A stretch of 64,000 bases of DNA from NCBI GenBank assembly GCA_977030845.1, contig OZ365115.1:30008001-30072000 (forward strand), written 5' to 3'. Shown here piece after piece: positions 49,337-61,021 of the stretch. This DNA is from Fimbriosthenelais zetlandica (Eukaryota). Within the stretch, counting starts at the first letter, position 1; each line of letters begins with the position of its first letter. Under the pieces are notes generated by a model. The model was given only the letters and a program-made list of their open reading frames with translations. It ran no database searches and was not told the origin of the DNA. The translations under genes were made by a program, and so were the position numbers.

Positions 49337-49579
49337 TTATCTCCAAAATAACTTTCCTCCGATGACTTTTAGGGCAGGTTTATTCTTGATGAGGGCCTCT
49401 CGTCCAAACTGTGTGCTACACTGGGGACAGGAGCCTTTGTCTTTGGTGAAATCTTGCACAATTTTATGAAGGTGAATTTTCACAAGTTGTCCACTGCCTC
49501 CCTTGCGATATGTTAGAAGCAGATTTTGGCATGTGCGACAAAAGACGCTTATTGTTCTTGGTCGCAACGGAGGAACCAT
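49337..49579 (-). CDS. Intronless 80-aa putative Zn-ribbon protein (C14xxC17...C51xxC54), MVPPLRPRTISVFCRTCQ...YRKGGSGQLVK...CPQC...KVIGGKLFWR
   Basis: Strong acceptor tttcctttttttctgtag| at 49593; gatATGG start; two CxxC pairs; resembles from memory a bacterial hypothetical family (not verified). Confidence 0.8.
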   Translation of the reverse strand: MVPPLRPRTISVFCRTCQNLLLTYRKGGSGQLVKIHLHKIVQDFTKDKGSCPQCSTQFGREALIKNKPALKVIGGKLFWR

Positions 49580-49799
49580 ATCATATTCGATTCTACAGAA
49601 AAAAAGGAAATAAAAAATATTCTTAGCGGTAGGCCTATAATTGACCTTCTGCTGGCCTTGGAAATTCATCCAGGCATAGGCCTATAAAGGTAGGGCCTAC
49701 CGGTAGGCCTATTCATATTTATTAAATATAGCCTACTCGGTAGGCCTAGCCTGAATCATCATTTGGAATGGCATAATTTCTAAAATATCATACCGTTAC

Positions 49800-50200
49800 C
49801 TATAGTTTATTTACAGTAAGCTTCTCAGTTATCAGAAAACAGTAAATTACGTTTGCGAGGCGGGAACACTCCGAGAAGCGTACAGATCTGCCACCACGTG
49901 TGAAAAGACGGAACTAAAGTGCCAGTCGTTAGTTCACGGTTTTCTCACTAGGTGACAGCGCTGTTTCGGCTCGAGAGCAAGAAGCGAAGAGACCATCGCC
50001 CGTTGGCCTAAATACTACCACAGGAGTGAGTTAACGCAAGGAATGCTTCCGTAATAAGCTTATCCCAATGGAACTAACAAAGATAGTCATCCTTCCACGG
50101 AATAATTTGTGTGTTACATACCCAAAAAGATTGAATTATAGGTGAAAGGCTTCTCACGCTTCTTACAGACAACATGGACGCCGCCATCTTGTTTTATGCT
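49800..50200. promoter_or_regulatory. CpG-rich bidirectional promoter and first-exon region
   Basis: Minus-strand donors at 49799, 49793 and 50166; plus-strand donor GA|gtgagt at 50026; CACGTG E-box (about 49895); CTCF-like tcactaggtgacag (about 49945); YY1-type cgccgccatcttg (50179-50191). Confidence 0.6.
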
Positions 50201-50794
50201 GTTACCCAAAACGGTGGACGGGTACGAAATGATAAAATTATTTCCATAAGTGACTCAGAAATAATAGAAATACGAGACGAAAATGTATATACAAATGTCT
50301 TAAAATACCTCTTCGAAAGTTGGTATTAGTTTTTTTGTGGGGATAAATCCGTTTTGAATCTTTAATTAACTTAAAGCGTGATGCACCGTAATTTTCACGG
50401 AGCACATGGTCTAAACTCTGCGCGCACCTGCCGAGGGAGGATGTTCTGCTATGTAAACAGCTTGACGTCATATCTGAGATCTGGAAAGTTTACTAAACTC
50501 GGAGCGATGGAACGACACTTAAAATCAATGATATCTTAATGTTGGATAACCAAAGATGACTTGAAGGATATCCCTCTTATTCCCTGCATTTCATTTTGAA
50601 GACAAGTTGACGCTGGGTTTTTAACCAGACATCCCGCTGGTGGAATAGCACTTTCCTGACCCAGTTTCTAAGTTCAAGGGGTAAGCCCAAGGATCGGACC
50701 AGAGGGAACTTTTCCTACTTGTGTGTGTGTATTTTCTTGGGATAAACTCTAAAGAACTGGATCAAAATGTTGTAGGACATGAGGTCCGTACATC

Positions 50795-50837
50795 ATGGAT
50801 GTACTAGGTGAAGATCAGGCCTTACAGGCCAATCTAG
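50795..50837 (+). CDS. Probable first coding exon of an unknown + gene, MDVLGEDQALQANL (phase 1 end)
   Basis: atcATGG context, upstream in-frame TGA (50780), CTA G|gtaagt; likely UTR exons ending at 50025 and at 50602-50680. Confidence 0.55.
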
Positions 50838-51308
50838 GTAAGTCTGATAAACTTGTCTGAAAGTTTTTTCCACAATCTCTGATCCGTGTTGTCGGTGATT
50901 TCATGAACTTAACGTCAAAATGGCCTCCCTCAGGCGATGCCATTGAATCAAGATTTAGATCCCGGCTACCTGTGTAAATTGTTTTAGGTCGGCTATAGAA
51001 ACATGAATTCAGTCTTAGTTAAATGATAACAGTTTGTTAAGAATATTGAATTGTCATTGGACATGTTATTCCATCATAACAAATCTAGTTCAGCCCTGGG
51101 GTAGCAAGTCCTGAGGCACTACTAGTACTAAAGTGAGTAGAGGTGTCTAATGCAACACACCCCATGTCAGTGCCATATTATAGGCCGAGCTTGCATGTCT
51201 CCAGTTCATATTATAACATATCTTCTTCACAATTTGGTACTTTCACCGAAATGTAGGGGTCTTACTTCTTTACAGAGAACTTTCAATAATCTTTATAACT
51301 TTCTTTAG

Positions 51309-51337
51309 CACTGCCTGTGTGTCAGAGAATGACAACA
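51309..51337 (+). CDS. 29-nt exon (A)LPVCQRMTT of the unknown + gene (phase 1/0)
   Basis: ctttataactttctttag|CA...ACA|gtgagt; phase matches the previous exon. Confidence 0.55.
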
Positions 51338-51941
51338 GTGAGTTAGCCTAGGCTATTGTGTATTCGATTGTTCAATCAATTAGTAGGGCCTAAGTGAATC
51401 AAATTATACCTGTAATGTTATTGTAGATAGAAGGAAGATTATGTAGCCTTATTTTGAAATTCAGTAGGCCTATATTAATCCAGAAAATCGCACTAAGTAG
51501 GTCCAATGAATTTTAATAGGCCTAGATTTCATTAAGCCTAGATCAGGCTATCTACATTTGCTATCTATAGCCTAGTCCTTATATAATACTAAAGTAGGAC
51601 TACCGATATTCTTTTTAAACAGTCTAAGTAGGCTATATTATGAACAGGAAATATGTGCTCTAATAATCAAAATTTTCTCATTTAATTAATTCTTACAGTC
51701 ACTCTGTTCTTTAATTAATACCTACCATCCCTATTATTATCATATATACACTATAACAGGTACCTCCAGATATGTAGGCCTCGCATATTTAAATGGATTC
51801 ATGACCCAATCTTGAGTCACTAACAATATGGCTGTTTAAAGACTACAACCTCAGCCCATCATTATATATTATATTGTACTCACTCACCCTCTTACAAACT
51901 CCCACCCCTCCCCTCCCGCCCCCCACCCTTTGCCTATCTAG

Positions 51942-51975
51942 TCCACTCTACTCCCTAATCGCCAGGACAGTCACG
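51942..51975 (+). CDS. Candidate 34-nt exon STLLPNRQDSH (phase 0/1)
   Basis: Long C-rich tract, ctatctag|TCC...CACG|gtaatg. Confidence 0.35.
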
Positions 51976-52409
51976 GTAATGAGCAAATGACCATATGAAG
52001 TCTTGATGACCATTCTATCACCAAGGTGGTGCGCCTACACCTCCATGCTGCATGAGATCGTGACTGGTCATGCATGGGTGGCTCTAGGTGAGCGGTGGTG
52101 GTAGCAACGTGACAGGTTGTACCAGGGTGGCTCCCTTTATAAAATACAGTTACCTGAAAATCCCCACTTTTTCATACCTCCTCATCGACTATTTATTTAT
52201 TGCATGATCATTGCGTAAACACTGATTTGTTTATAAACAAAGTACCTTATTATAAACCAGCTTTGGGCCACCTAAAGTAGTTAAAATATGTCAAGTCAAG
52301 TAACAATATACATGTCTTATTGATATAAAAATAAATGTTCAAATTGTGAGGAATTTGTATATCTTTAGGCTATTACTCCTGTTATGTTTTCTGACATCTT
52401 GTTCTCCAG

Positions 52410-52453
52410 TATTAGACCAAATTGATTCCTACAAAGTCATGCAGATTGAACCT
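52410..52453 (+). CDS. Candidate 44-nt exon (V)LDQIDSYKVMQIEP (phase 1/0)
   Basis: catcttgttctccag|TA...CCT|gtaaaa; open in the required phase. Confidence 0.4.
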
Positions 52454-54437
52454 GTAAAACATATGAACATTTAACTTATTATATATTTGCTTTAAGTTTT
52501 AACCAAAGTAGCCGTCACGAATGGATAGCTGTTCAAGTGTGGACTTGATCCCTTTTCCTGTGTATAAGATGTAACGTAAAAGCCTGAATGACTTGCATAA
52601 AACGGGGAGATAGTGTGTCTCTGGGTTAAATGTCATTTAAATAAAGCTTTCCATTTGCGAGGTTTGTATAAGAGCCTATATAGTCTAAACCAACCACCTA
52701 CACATGGACACGATTCTTAGATGTTTCATGACCGAACAGGATGCAAATAATACAATATATGAGGACAAGAAAAACGTATGTAAGACAGGTGGAAAGAGTG
52801 GTGGACCCCACTCTACTATAGGATAACATGAAAAGGGAGGGGTCAAAAATGAGAATTCTCAATAGATGTATTGTATATGAAATGGGCCATCTATTTTAGG
52901 GTTATTTATCTCAGATAGAGTGTATTAGAATCTACAGACTGAGAGTAATTTATTGTTAGTTCTAGAATTTGGTTAGGTACATCTATCTGTGACATCCATT
53001 GTTAAAAAGTAATTTTTAGTGAAAATAAATGGTTGATTACACCTAGATTGGTAGATTGGTATAGGCCGATAAAACAGGGACAAGATAGAGACTGGGTGGT
53101 GAGCAGAATTTTGGTTTTTGAATGTATCATTGTTACATCGATATTATAGGATAATTAGATGATGCGTGATTTAGGTTATTAGTTGCATGCTGAAAATGTC
53201 ATTAAAATTAATGGTGATCACTTCCCATGGAAATCAGGCAAGATCATCTATTTATTAAATGAGAACATCTGTGTCAGTATACACGTGCTTCTGGATGAAT
53301 ACAAGCTGATCAATGTCGGTATAGTAGTCCTATCCGAATGTCCCTTCTCTGAGTGTTCTTGCACCTCTTCCTCAGGCTCTGCTTCCTTCAAATCCCCCCC
53401 CCCCCCTTCCTCTCCTCCCTGCTCCTACATTTCCCCTTCATTCCTTCATCTCTGGACCATATGGGAAATGAATCTATTTCGAATCATGACTGATATTTGC
53501 ACTTCCACAAGTCCATATCCAATAGCACATAACACACAAACATCACTCATTGCCTGCTTTTACACCCCCCCCCCCCCCAGCCTCCCGTGGATCAATTTGT
53601 AATAGTCTATAGATTGTTCTCCCCCATATCATTCAGTAATTGATTATTTGCAACTTTTCCATTAGCCATTGCTGCCTCTGCTGTGAGCAAGACCTATATG
53701 GTTGTCCGATAGTCCGGGCTCCCCTTTTACCGTACCACTTGCTGCGTGATACCGTTCATAGGGCATTCATCAACGCTCGGACAATTATGGCACAATTATA
53801 GATCAGTTTATTACATGATACATTTCATAGCCATAGTTGTCATGTCATGAAAGTGCGATGGCGCGCGCTACATGTATACTGAACGCAGTCTCCTCCCAGT
53901 CCACTCATCCGCGCTCCAACCCTTCTATACATCATCATTCAATAATGCCAATAATAGATCCAATACCAACAAATTAGTGGCTAAATGAAGCAGGACTTTT
54001 GAAGCAGGGTAATTGAGTGGGAGATGGGGCACTGTGGACACTTATTGGCAGAATCATGGATGGTTGTCACTTGATGGTAGTGTATCCATGACACTGATTG
54101 TCATTCTGTGCTCTGAAGGCAAAAACACATGCATATTTACCATTGTGCTCTCCCCTGTATTTGTTATGTGTTCTACTCTAATGCTGGGTCAAAATGGGAA
54201 GAAAAAAGATGAGAGATGACCTGAATTACTGATGACATGAGGGGATTTACTCAGAGTTGGTGACTGATACAGCTAGAATAATCACTATTTATGTGAGGGC
54301 TTAAATGTCCCTACATTTCTAGGGACAAATGCATCTTCAACATTGAATTATAGATCATATATTGATTCAGTATTGAACTTTCTTAAATCTCTCGTGACAG
54401 ATGTACCTTAAGTCCTTTACGGAAATGAATTAATCAA

Positions 54438-54610
54438 TTTCCCTTCCACTTCTTCTTTTTTCCTTGCTTGCTTGCTTCCTTTCTATCCTTTCTTCCTTCA
54501 TTCCTTCCTTACTTGAGCACTTCCTTCCTTGCTTCCATCCTTCACTGATCCTTCCCTTTCTGACCCCGCCCTCCCTCCTTCCTTTATTCCTCCCCCTCCT
54601 CCCCCTTCCT
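54438..54610. repeat. Polypyrimidine low-complexity tract (CT-rich)
   Basis: Almost entirely C/T (ttcc, cctt units). Confidence 0.85.
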
Positions 54611-55299
54611 GGTTACCTTACCTAAGTCTCGAGCACCTCTTTGTGGCGTCCAGAGCAGCTCTCTTAATACAAACCAGACGCTACTAGGACTTTGATATGG
54701 TCTCTCCCTCACTGAGGTCTTCTTACTCAGTGGCTTTATTTTGTCTGGGCAAAAATGTTTATTTGAAACTCTCCAAGCTATACTGGCTTCCCCACGAGTG
54801 AACCTGCAGACTTGGCCTCCACCTATAGCTGTAGAGGCGGCAGTTCTCAGTGATTGTGGTGGTGAGGGAGGGCAGAGGAACATGGGCGTGACATTGCATG
54901 GAAACCCGCTGAGCAAAATCAAGCTCTCAATGTATGGGTTACTTGAATGAAGGGCATTGACCAACAATTGTTAGCCATGTTATTGGGACTCATCTCAAAT
55001 TCAGTATTTTAATATGTAGGCCTACATCAGTGTGAAGGAATTTTGAGCGAATGTGGTGGACAACTAGAGAATTTCACACATGTAATCAGTCACGAGTAAG
55101 ACAGTATAATATCCTATCTGCAGGAGTTTCAGTGAAAAAAGTTATTCAAGGCTTACCTACTTACTTTAAGAAGAGTGAGGGTATTGAGAAAGAGCTAGGT
55201 CGAGAACAAGAACATAAAATGAGTGATACCCGGAGAAAGGGAAATTGTAACAGAAAGATATTAGGAGTGAGTCCTGAGGACGATCGAGGGCATAAGAAG

Positions 55300-55380
55300 T
55301 AGAAAGTTATAGAGAGGAGAGAGAGAAAAAGGTGGGAGAGAAACGGTGAGAGGGGAGAGATAGATAAAGAGGGGAGAGAA
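55300..55380. repeat. Polypurine GA-rich tract
   Basis: gagaggagagagagaaaaaggtgggagag... Confidence 0.8.
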
Positions 55381-56545
55381 AGCGTTTGTGAGCAGCTCAC
55401 ATTAGCTGGGTGTTGAGGGCTTAGAGCAGCTTCCTCCTCGCCTTTGAGTGAGGCTGACAGGTTAAGTTATAAGTTTAGAAAGATGAAAGAGACAGGGGTT
55501 GCAGCAGCTAAAGGGAAACCAGCTGACCGCGCCTCTCTCAGCCACTGTGGTCCGCCTTTGTCTGTAAAACTGCTCATTTTTGCAACATTTCATGAGGCCA
55601 AAGCGAGAGATTTTCTTGTGTATCAAAATTAATTTGAAAGCCATAAAAATGAAGAAATTAAAATAAAGGTGGGAGAGGGAGTGGGAGATGAAATGAAATG
55701 ACATTTTCCTTTTGGAAAGGAAAGGTAGCATGGTGGATTGTTTTATGGTACAGATCTTTGTTCCCCGGAGGATGTGAACGTTTGAAGATATGAGTGGTAG
55801 TGGGAGGTGGGTGTGGATGACGGGGAGGGGGGTCGGGGTGCAAGAATCCCAGCATTCGCTAAAACAGGGATTTATGAGAACCCCTCACGAGGAAACAGAA
55901 AACAGGGAATCTCTGTCTGAGCAACTGGAATATGGCGCCGCCGCGGTGTTTGTTTTCCCAACCATCGGCGGAGCCAAAGAAAAGAAAGAAAAGAAAAAAT
56001 AAAAGAGAAGAGAAGGAGAAGGGGAAAAAAGAGCTGCCAAGAGAGAAGTCTCCTTTAGCTAGCGATGAAGCAGGTGATCTGAGGAGCTGGAGTCATACTG
56101 ATCCGAGTCAGGTGCTGAGCACTTTTTTCTCCACACTACGGCTCCATAATTTGTGTATATTTGTGGTATGCCTTAGGTCTAGTGGGTATATAGATTCTAT
56201 AGTCAAATGCTTGAACGTGGGTTCACGATCCTATTTTCATATCGGAAATATAGCAATATAGAGTTTTTTGAGTTGACTGGTGGGGATTGAGGGAGGAACA
56301 CTCCCAATATGTAATTCCTCCCCTAGAATATTTCTAGGTTAAATACTTTCTAGATATACCCACATTCTTCCCCCAAAGTCACGCAATTCCTCTGAGTGAG
56401 AAAGAAATCCCATTTTCCCCTTCCTCTAACCACTTCTTGAGCATAAATTCATATTGAAAGATTTTCCATTCCCTTTTTACTGATGTAAGATATACTTTCC
56501 AATCTTTTTGGACAAGTTTGATCAACTTCCTTTTGTATTCAACAG

Positions 56546-56572
56546 GCTCGTTTACCGAGGACCAATCTCAAG
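56546..56572 (+). CDS. 27-nt symmetric microexon (ARLPRTNLK in phase 0, or GSFTEDQSQ in phase 1)
   Basis: cttccttttgtattcaacag|GCT...AAG|gtagga. Confidence 0.5.
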
Positions 56573-57847
56573 GTAGGATTGTCAACTTCAGCAATAGAGA
56601 AAGCCAATAACTAGACAATCCAGCAGATTGTTACCAAATCCATGATTCATCTATGAATGCAAATTTAATTGTTAGGCCATAATATAAAGAATTTCATATT
56701 AATAATTTCTAGACAGTGCGCTGAGTCATTGTCGAAGTTTTAGGAAGAGAAAATATGTTAAAAATATAATAAGAAGAAAATTTACCTTAAATCATCTCTA
56801 GCTGCTGGATTGTATGAGGTCATTGAGCTCTGCCTATAGGGAAGTAAAATGTAGGACTGGTACATGTACATAGTCATGATTATAATTATTGCACCTTTCC
56901 GTGGATAAACCCCTCTATATAAGAAACCTTTACATGTTTAGAAGTTTAGGGTTTTGGGTACGGTACAGCTATCTTTTAAATTTGATCTTCTCTTGGCCCT
57001 CCCTTTTTCTTTTTTCCTGAATATATTGGTTCCTAATATATTTTTTAACATATAAGTTGACGCTTGATTATTTTATTTTTGAGTCCAGAATTACTGACCC
57101 ATTCGACTTTTCTCACACATATTATTTTTCAAAATGTATTTTCTTATTTATGATGTCTCATTTTATCAGTGGTTCAATCTCTTATCTTATTTGGGGCATT
57201 TTAAGAAGTTACTCCAGAATTATGTATGAGGTACTGCCATTGTAATGTTGCCTTGAAGTTGAATGTGTGTGAAATTTGAAATGTAGATACCATCTCTCTA
57301 TACCCCGAGGCCTTCCTGTTGTAGTTAGATTAGTGGGTGTTTTGTTGCATGGGTGTTATTGGTGCGAGGAGAGCGTCTTGACAGTTGCCAGTTCCTTGTT
57401 TGGCACCTGTCACACTCACTCTATTATATGAACACCTGGAAATATTAATGTACTATTTACATGTTCATATAGATTCCTGGTTCTTACAATATTAATATTC
57501 CTTTGATGCTTATATGCATCTATTGAAGGACATAACAAATAACAAATAACAATGCTTCTAGATTTTTATGAAACAATTATATTGATTTATAATATATGTT
57601 ATATATTATGAAATGCATATTGGCTAGATAACCTGCATCAGTTTGGTACTAGCCAGCAATATTATGTTTGTTTATGGCTGGGTTATAGATTAGTTTGGCT
57701 CCAACAAGTCCTAGTTTTCACCACTAGGAACCGTGACCAGCCTCCAGTGTGTATAGTTCTGCCGGGTAGAATGTGTTTTAGATGGTGTTGCAGCGATTGC
57801 TGCTATTTGTACACTTACCCTTGACAGGCCTGATGCCCTTTACTCTA

Positions 57848-57908
57848 ATTGACCAATCAAAGGCCAGCAGGCCCGCAGCGAATGCTGATTCCTCGGTGAT
57901 TGGTCAAT
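57848..57908. promoter_or_regulatory. Inverted pair of CCAAT (NF-Y-type) boxes
   Basis: attgaccaatca (57848-57859) and its exact reverse complement tgattggtcaat (57897-57908), with a 37-bp GC-rich spacer. Confidence 0.5.
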
Positions 57909-60074
57909 GGGTTAGTGGGCCATAAGGGGTTTTTATTTTAAAATTTTACTTGAAACTGTGAAATACATGTGTGATACGTTTAATTATGTAAGACAACTTT
58001 ATCTGGTTCATTTTCTGAGCAGTTGAAATCAGTCTTGGATCTATCTTGAAGCTAAAGTCATTGCAGCTTTAAGGAATGATCCAATCTGTATGTATTATTC
58101 TAATGTATCTTATCAGCAATCATTCTGTACTCATTCTGGTCTCATGTCTGAGTTAATCTTACATGTGGAGTTTACACTTTAGAGAAGTGTAACCTGTTCT
58201 TGCCGCATCTAAATGCAGTTAGATAGTATATGACTATGACCTGTTTCACCACTATCTATGACTGAATCAACCAAGCATAGTACCCTCTCTTTATACTATG
58301 TCTACATTATATATTATACACTTGTTCCATACTTCCCATTTACTATCTCCCTTGATGCATGCTTATAAACCTCAATAGTGAGGAAACGGCAACATATGAA
58401 TGAAAAAACTCATTTTTCCCTTCCATAGTCCCATGTCTGGTACGTGGGAAATGAAAAAAAAGGACAAAGAGCCAAAACCAAGTCTGGCGTGCAGTTTGTG
58501 CTTTCTTCTCTCTGAGCAACCTCATTCTCCAGCAGGGGCAAAAATAACATAGGCAAACACTAAAAGTGGGTTGAGCTGAATTTATTACCGAGCCTGTTCA
58601 CAGACCTTCTGGCCTAATATTCATTAGGATCCCGCCTCTATATCAGTCCACCGTCTCAAGTGGAAAATTGAAAAGAAAGGACATGGGAAAAAATGTATTG
58701 ATACGTGTCATTAAGAAAAATGACGTTCAGTAATGCCATGGCATGGGAATTAATAACATTCAAATGGTAATTCAGCCCTTTTTCCTGAATCAGTGCTACA
58801 TTCCAAATGTCAGTATATATATATGTGTGTTAGTATATTCCTCAATAAATCTTACGATAATTAATCGTCATATGTAGCAGGTGCAAAAGAAAGAATTTTA
58901 GTAGAGTATCTGAATGGAAATCTACCATACATGCATGTGATCCAGGGCCAGATTTGGTAGTGGAAGAAGGGAATATTTTACTGAAAAGAGTTTTGTGTGT
59001 ATAGCATACATTCATATTGACATAACCCTCGCCTTGCATTAGAAGATTTACCCATTTGAGGTCTGGCATATTATTCTGGTCTTACAAGATGTTCACATTA
59101 TCTTTTATCCATGAAGTACATGTACTACCAATTTTACCTGTACATGAGTGGAATGGCAAACATTATTTAATGATTTCAGAAACTATTTTGAAAAGTATAA
59201 AATTCAAGACTAGTGTATAAATTTGGACTTTTATTTGTATGGAGATCAGGTTTGTAAATAAGTTTTCTTGTGAATCTTTGACCAAGGACTGAATATAATG
59301 TAGGTTGCGTGAGGTGTTTGTAGACATGGTGCATTGCCACATGCATGTTAAAATGACTCATACAGGTAGTTTCCTTTATGTGCCTTTCAGCATGTCACAA
59401 TAGACTACTCTAAGGTAGTCTGGTCCAGCCCAATTAACTGTTAGATATATGTAATTATTCCTTCTCGCCCTATTAATAAGCATTAGGGTCTTAGGTCAAA
59501 CCCTTCCCATGTGTTTCGCGGAATATCCCAGACAAACTGGGGCAGAGTTTTATACAGAATTCTGTAATGAGTTTAATGATGTATAACTTAATGTCATGTT
59601 AGTAACATTAGGTAACAAAATATGACATTTTTGGGGTCCAATTTTGACCTGCTTCATGGAGAACGACCATGAAATAGTTGATAAGCTAAGTGGGGATTTT
59701 TCAGTGACAAAAATCATGTACAAATGACCACAACAAATTGGGAAATTTGTACTTAATCTGTCAAAATACATTAGATTGGGCGGGGTTATCCCAAACAATT
59801 GTTTTTGGGCATATATGAAACTGTGGCCTTTTGTGTCAACTCTGTGTGATCCCCAGTTAAACACAGGTTGGTGTAGAATGTATGGGTAGCATCATACATC
59901 AGCCGCAGACTGGGTGGTCCACATCTACTGCACAATGCACTCAGATTGTCTGTTTGTCCCCAGCAAAAACATTAATGTCACCACTGGGTGTGATGTGTTT
60001 AGGCCCAGCACAAAGTTTGGGTGTGAAATGACTGGGGCGACACAGCACTTACACAATCAATTTTCTATTGTTTC

Positions 60075-60179
60075 TGTCCGTCTCCCTCTCAGATCTCTAT
60101 TGAGAGAACTGAGAGGAGTCTCTCTCTCTTCTCTCTCCATGTATCTCTCCTCTCTATCCCTCTCTCCGAGTGTCTCTCT
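60075..60179. repeat. Degenerate (CT)n microsatellite running into the gap
   Basis: tctctctctt ctctctcc... Confidence 0.8.
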
Positions 60180-60316
60180 NNNNNNNNNNNNNNNNNNNNN
60201 NNNNNNNNNNNNNNNNNNNNNNNNNNNNNNNNNNNNNNNNNNNNNNNNNNNNNNNNNNNNNNNNNNNNNNNNNNNNNNNNNNNNNNNNNNNNNNNNNNNN
60301 NNNNNNNNNNNNNNNN
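60180..60316. other. Assembly gap (137 N)
   Basis: Run of N. Confidence 1.
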
Positions 60317-61007
60317 CCTTAGAGTAAAATGATCATTTTACTCTAAGATACAGCTGATTATGCTTATCACATAAACCACTTGTCTCTATATTTAACTGCC
60401 TCATATCTCTCCGGGTTTATCCAGCAGCATGCCCTCTCTTCTACTCAACTTTATATTGAGTTAATTAGCACGGTTTTAATTGAGCTTTCTCTGAATCTCC
60501 AATTAGGAAATGAAACATCACATGTTGTCGTTTCATGCTACTTATGATCAGAGATTTATAGATCATTCGATTGTATGGAATGCCAAACATTCTCAACACA
60601 TATCAATCAAAAACCACCTCTCTATACAAGTGCTTATACATCTCCTATAGGCTTGCCTTACATTTGTCATAGGACTTTCCCCACCCTTGTGTTAAATAGT
60701 TTCAGGGTAAAGCCAAAAAGGCGTAAAAGGACCCTATGTTTTCTAGCACCCTCGCGCATATCTGCAGGCGATTATCTTCATCGTTTAAAGATAAGAGGTC
60801 GTCCACTTGATGTATATTTATCAACGAGGGAATATCGAGTCACTCCTCGGTATAGCGCCCCTGGCCAGGGAGTTGACTGGGCTGCTCTGTAGGTGACATT
60901 TTCAGGGTTGTGCCCCCATTCTCGTTGACAGATGAGTCAGATAGCAGTCAAATTTGATATCGCATCTTGTCAAGATAGCTCGACCTCGATGATAACTAAA
61001 AACACGG

Positions 61008-61021
61008 GTTGCTATGACAAC
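61008..61021. promoter_or_regulatory. RFX X-box-like site
   Basis: GTTGCTATGACAAC versus the consensus GTTGCCATGGCAAC, in a CpG-rich patch. Confidence 0.35.

Noticed and set aside
49593-49669. N-terminal 30 aa of the listed 110-aa ORF (MNFQGQQ...)
   Set aside because: It runs through a polypyrimidine tract and acceptor, so it is intronic; the likely start is ATG 49579.
53250-53425. Acidic minus-strand frame EQGGEEGGGGDLKEAEPEEEVQEH
   Set aside because: Antisense translation of a CT-rich tract with a purine-rich, non-functional acceptor.
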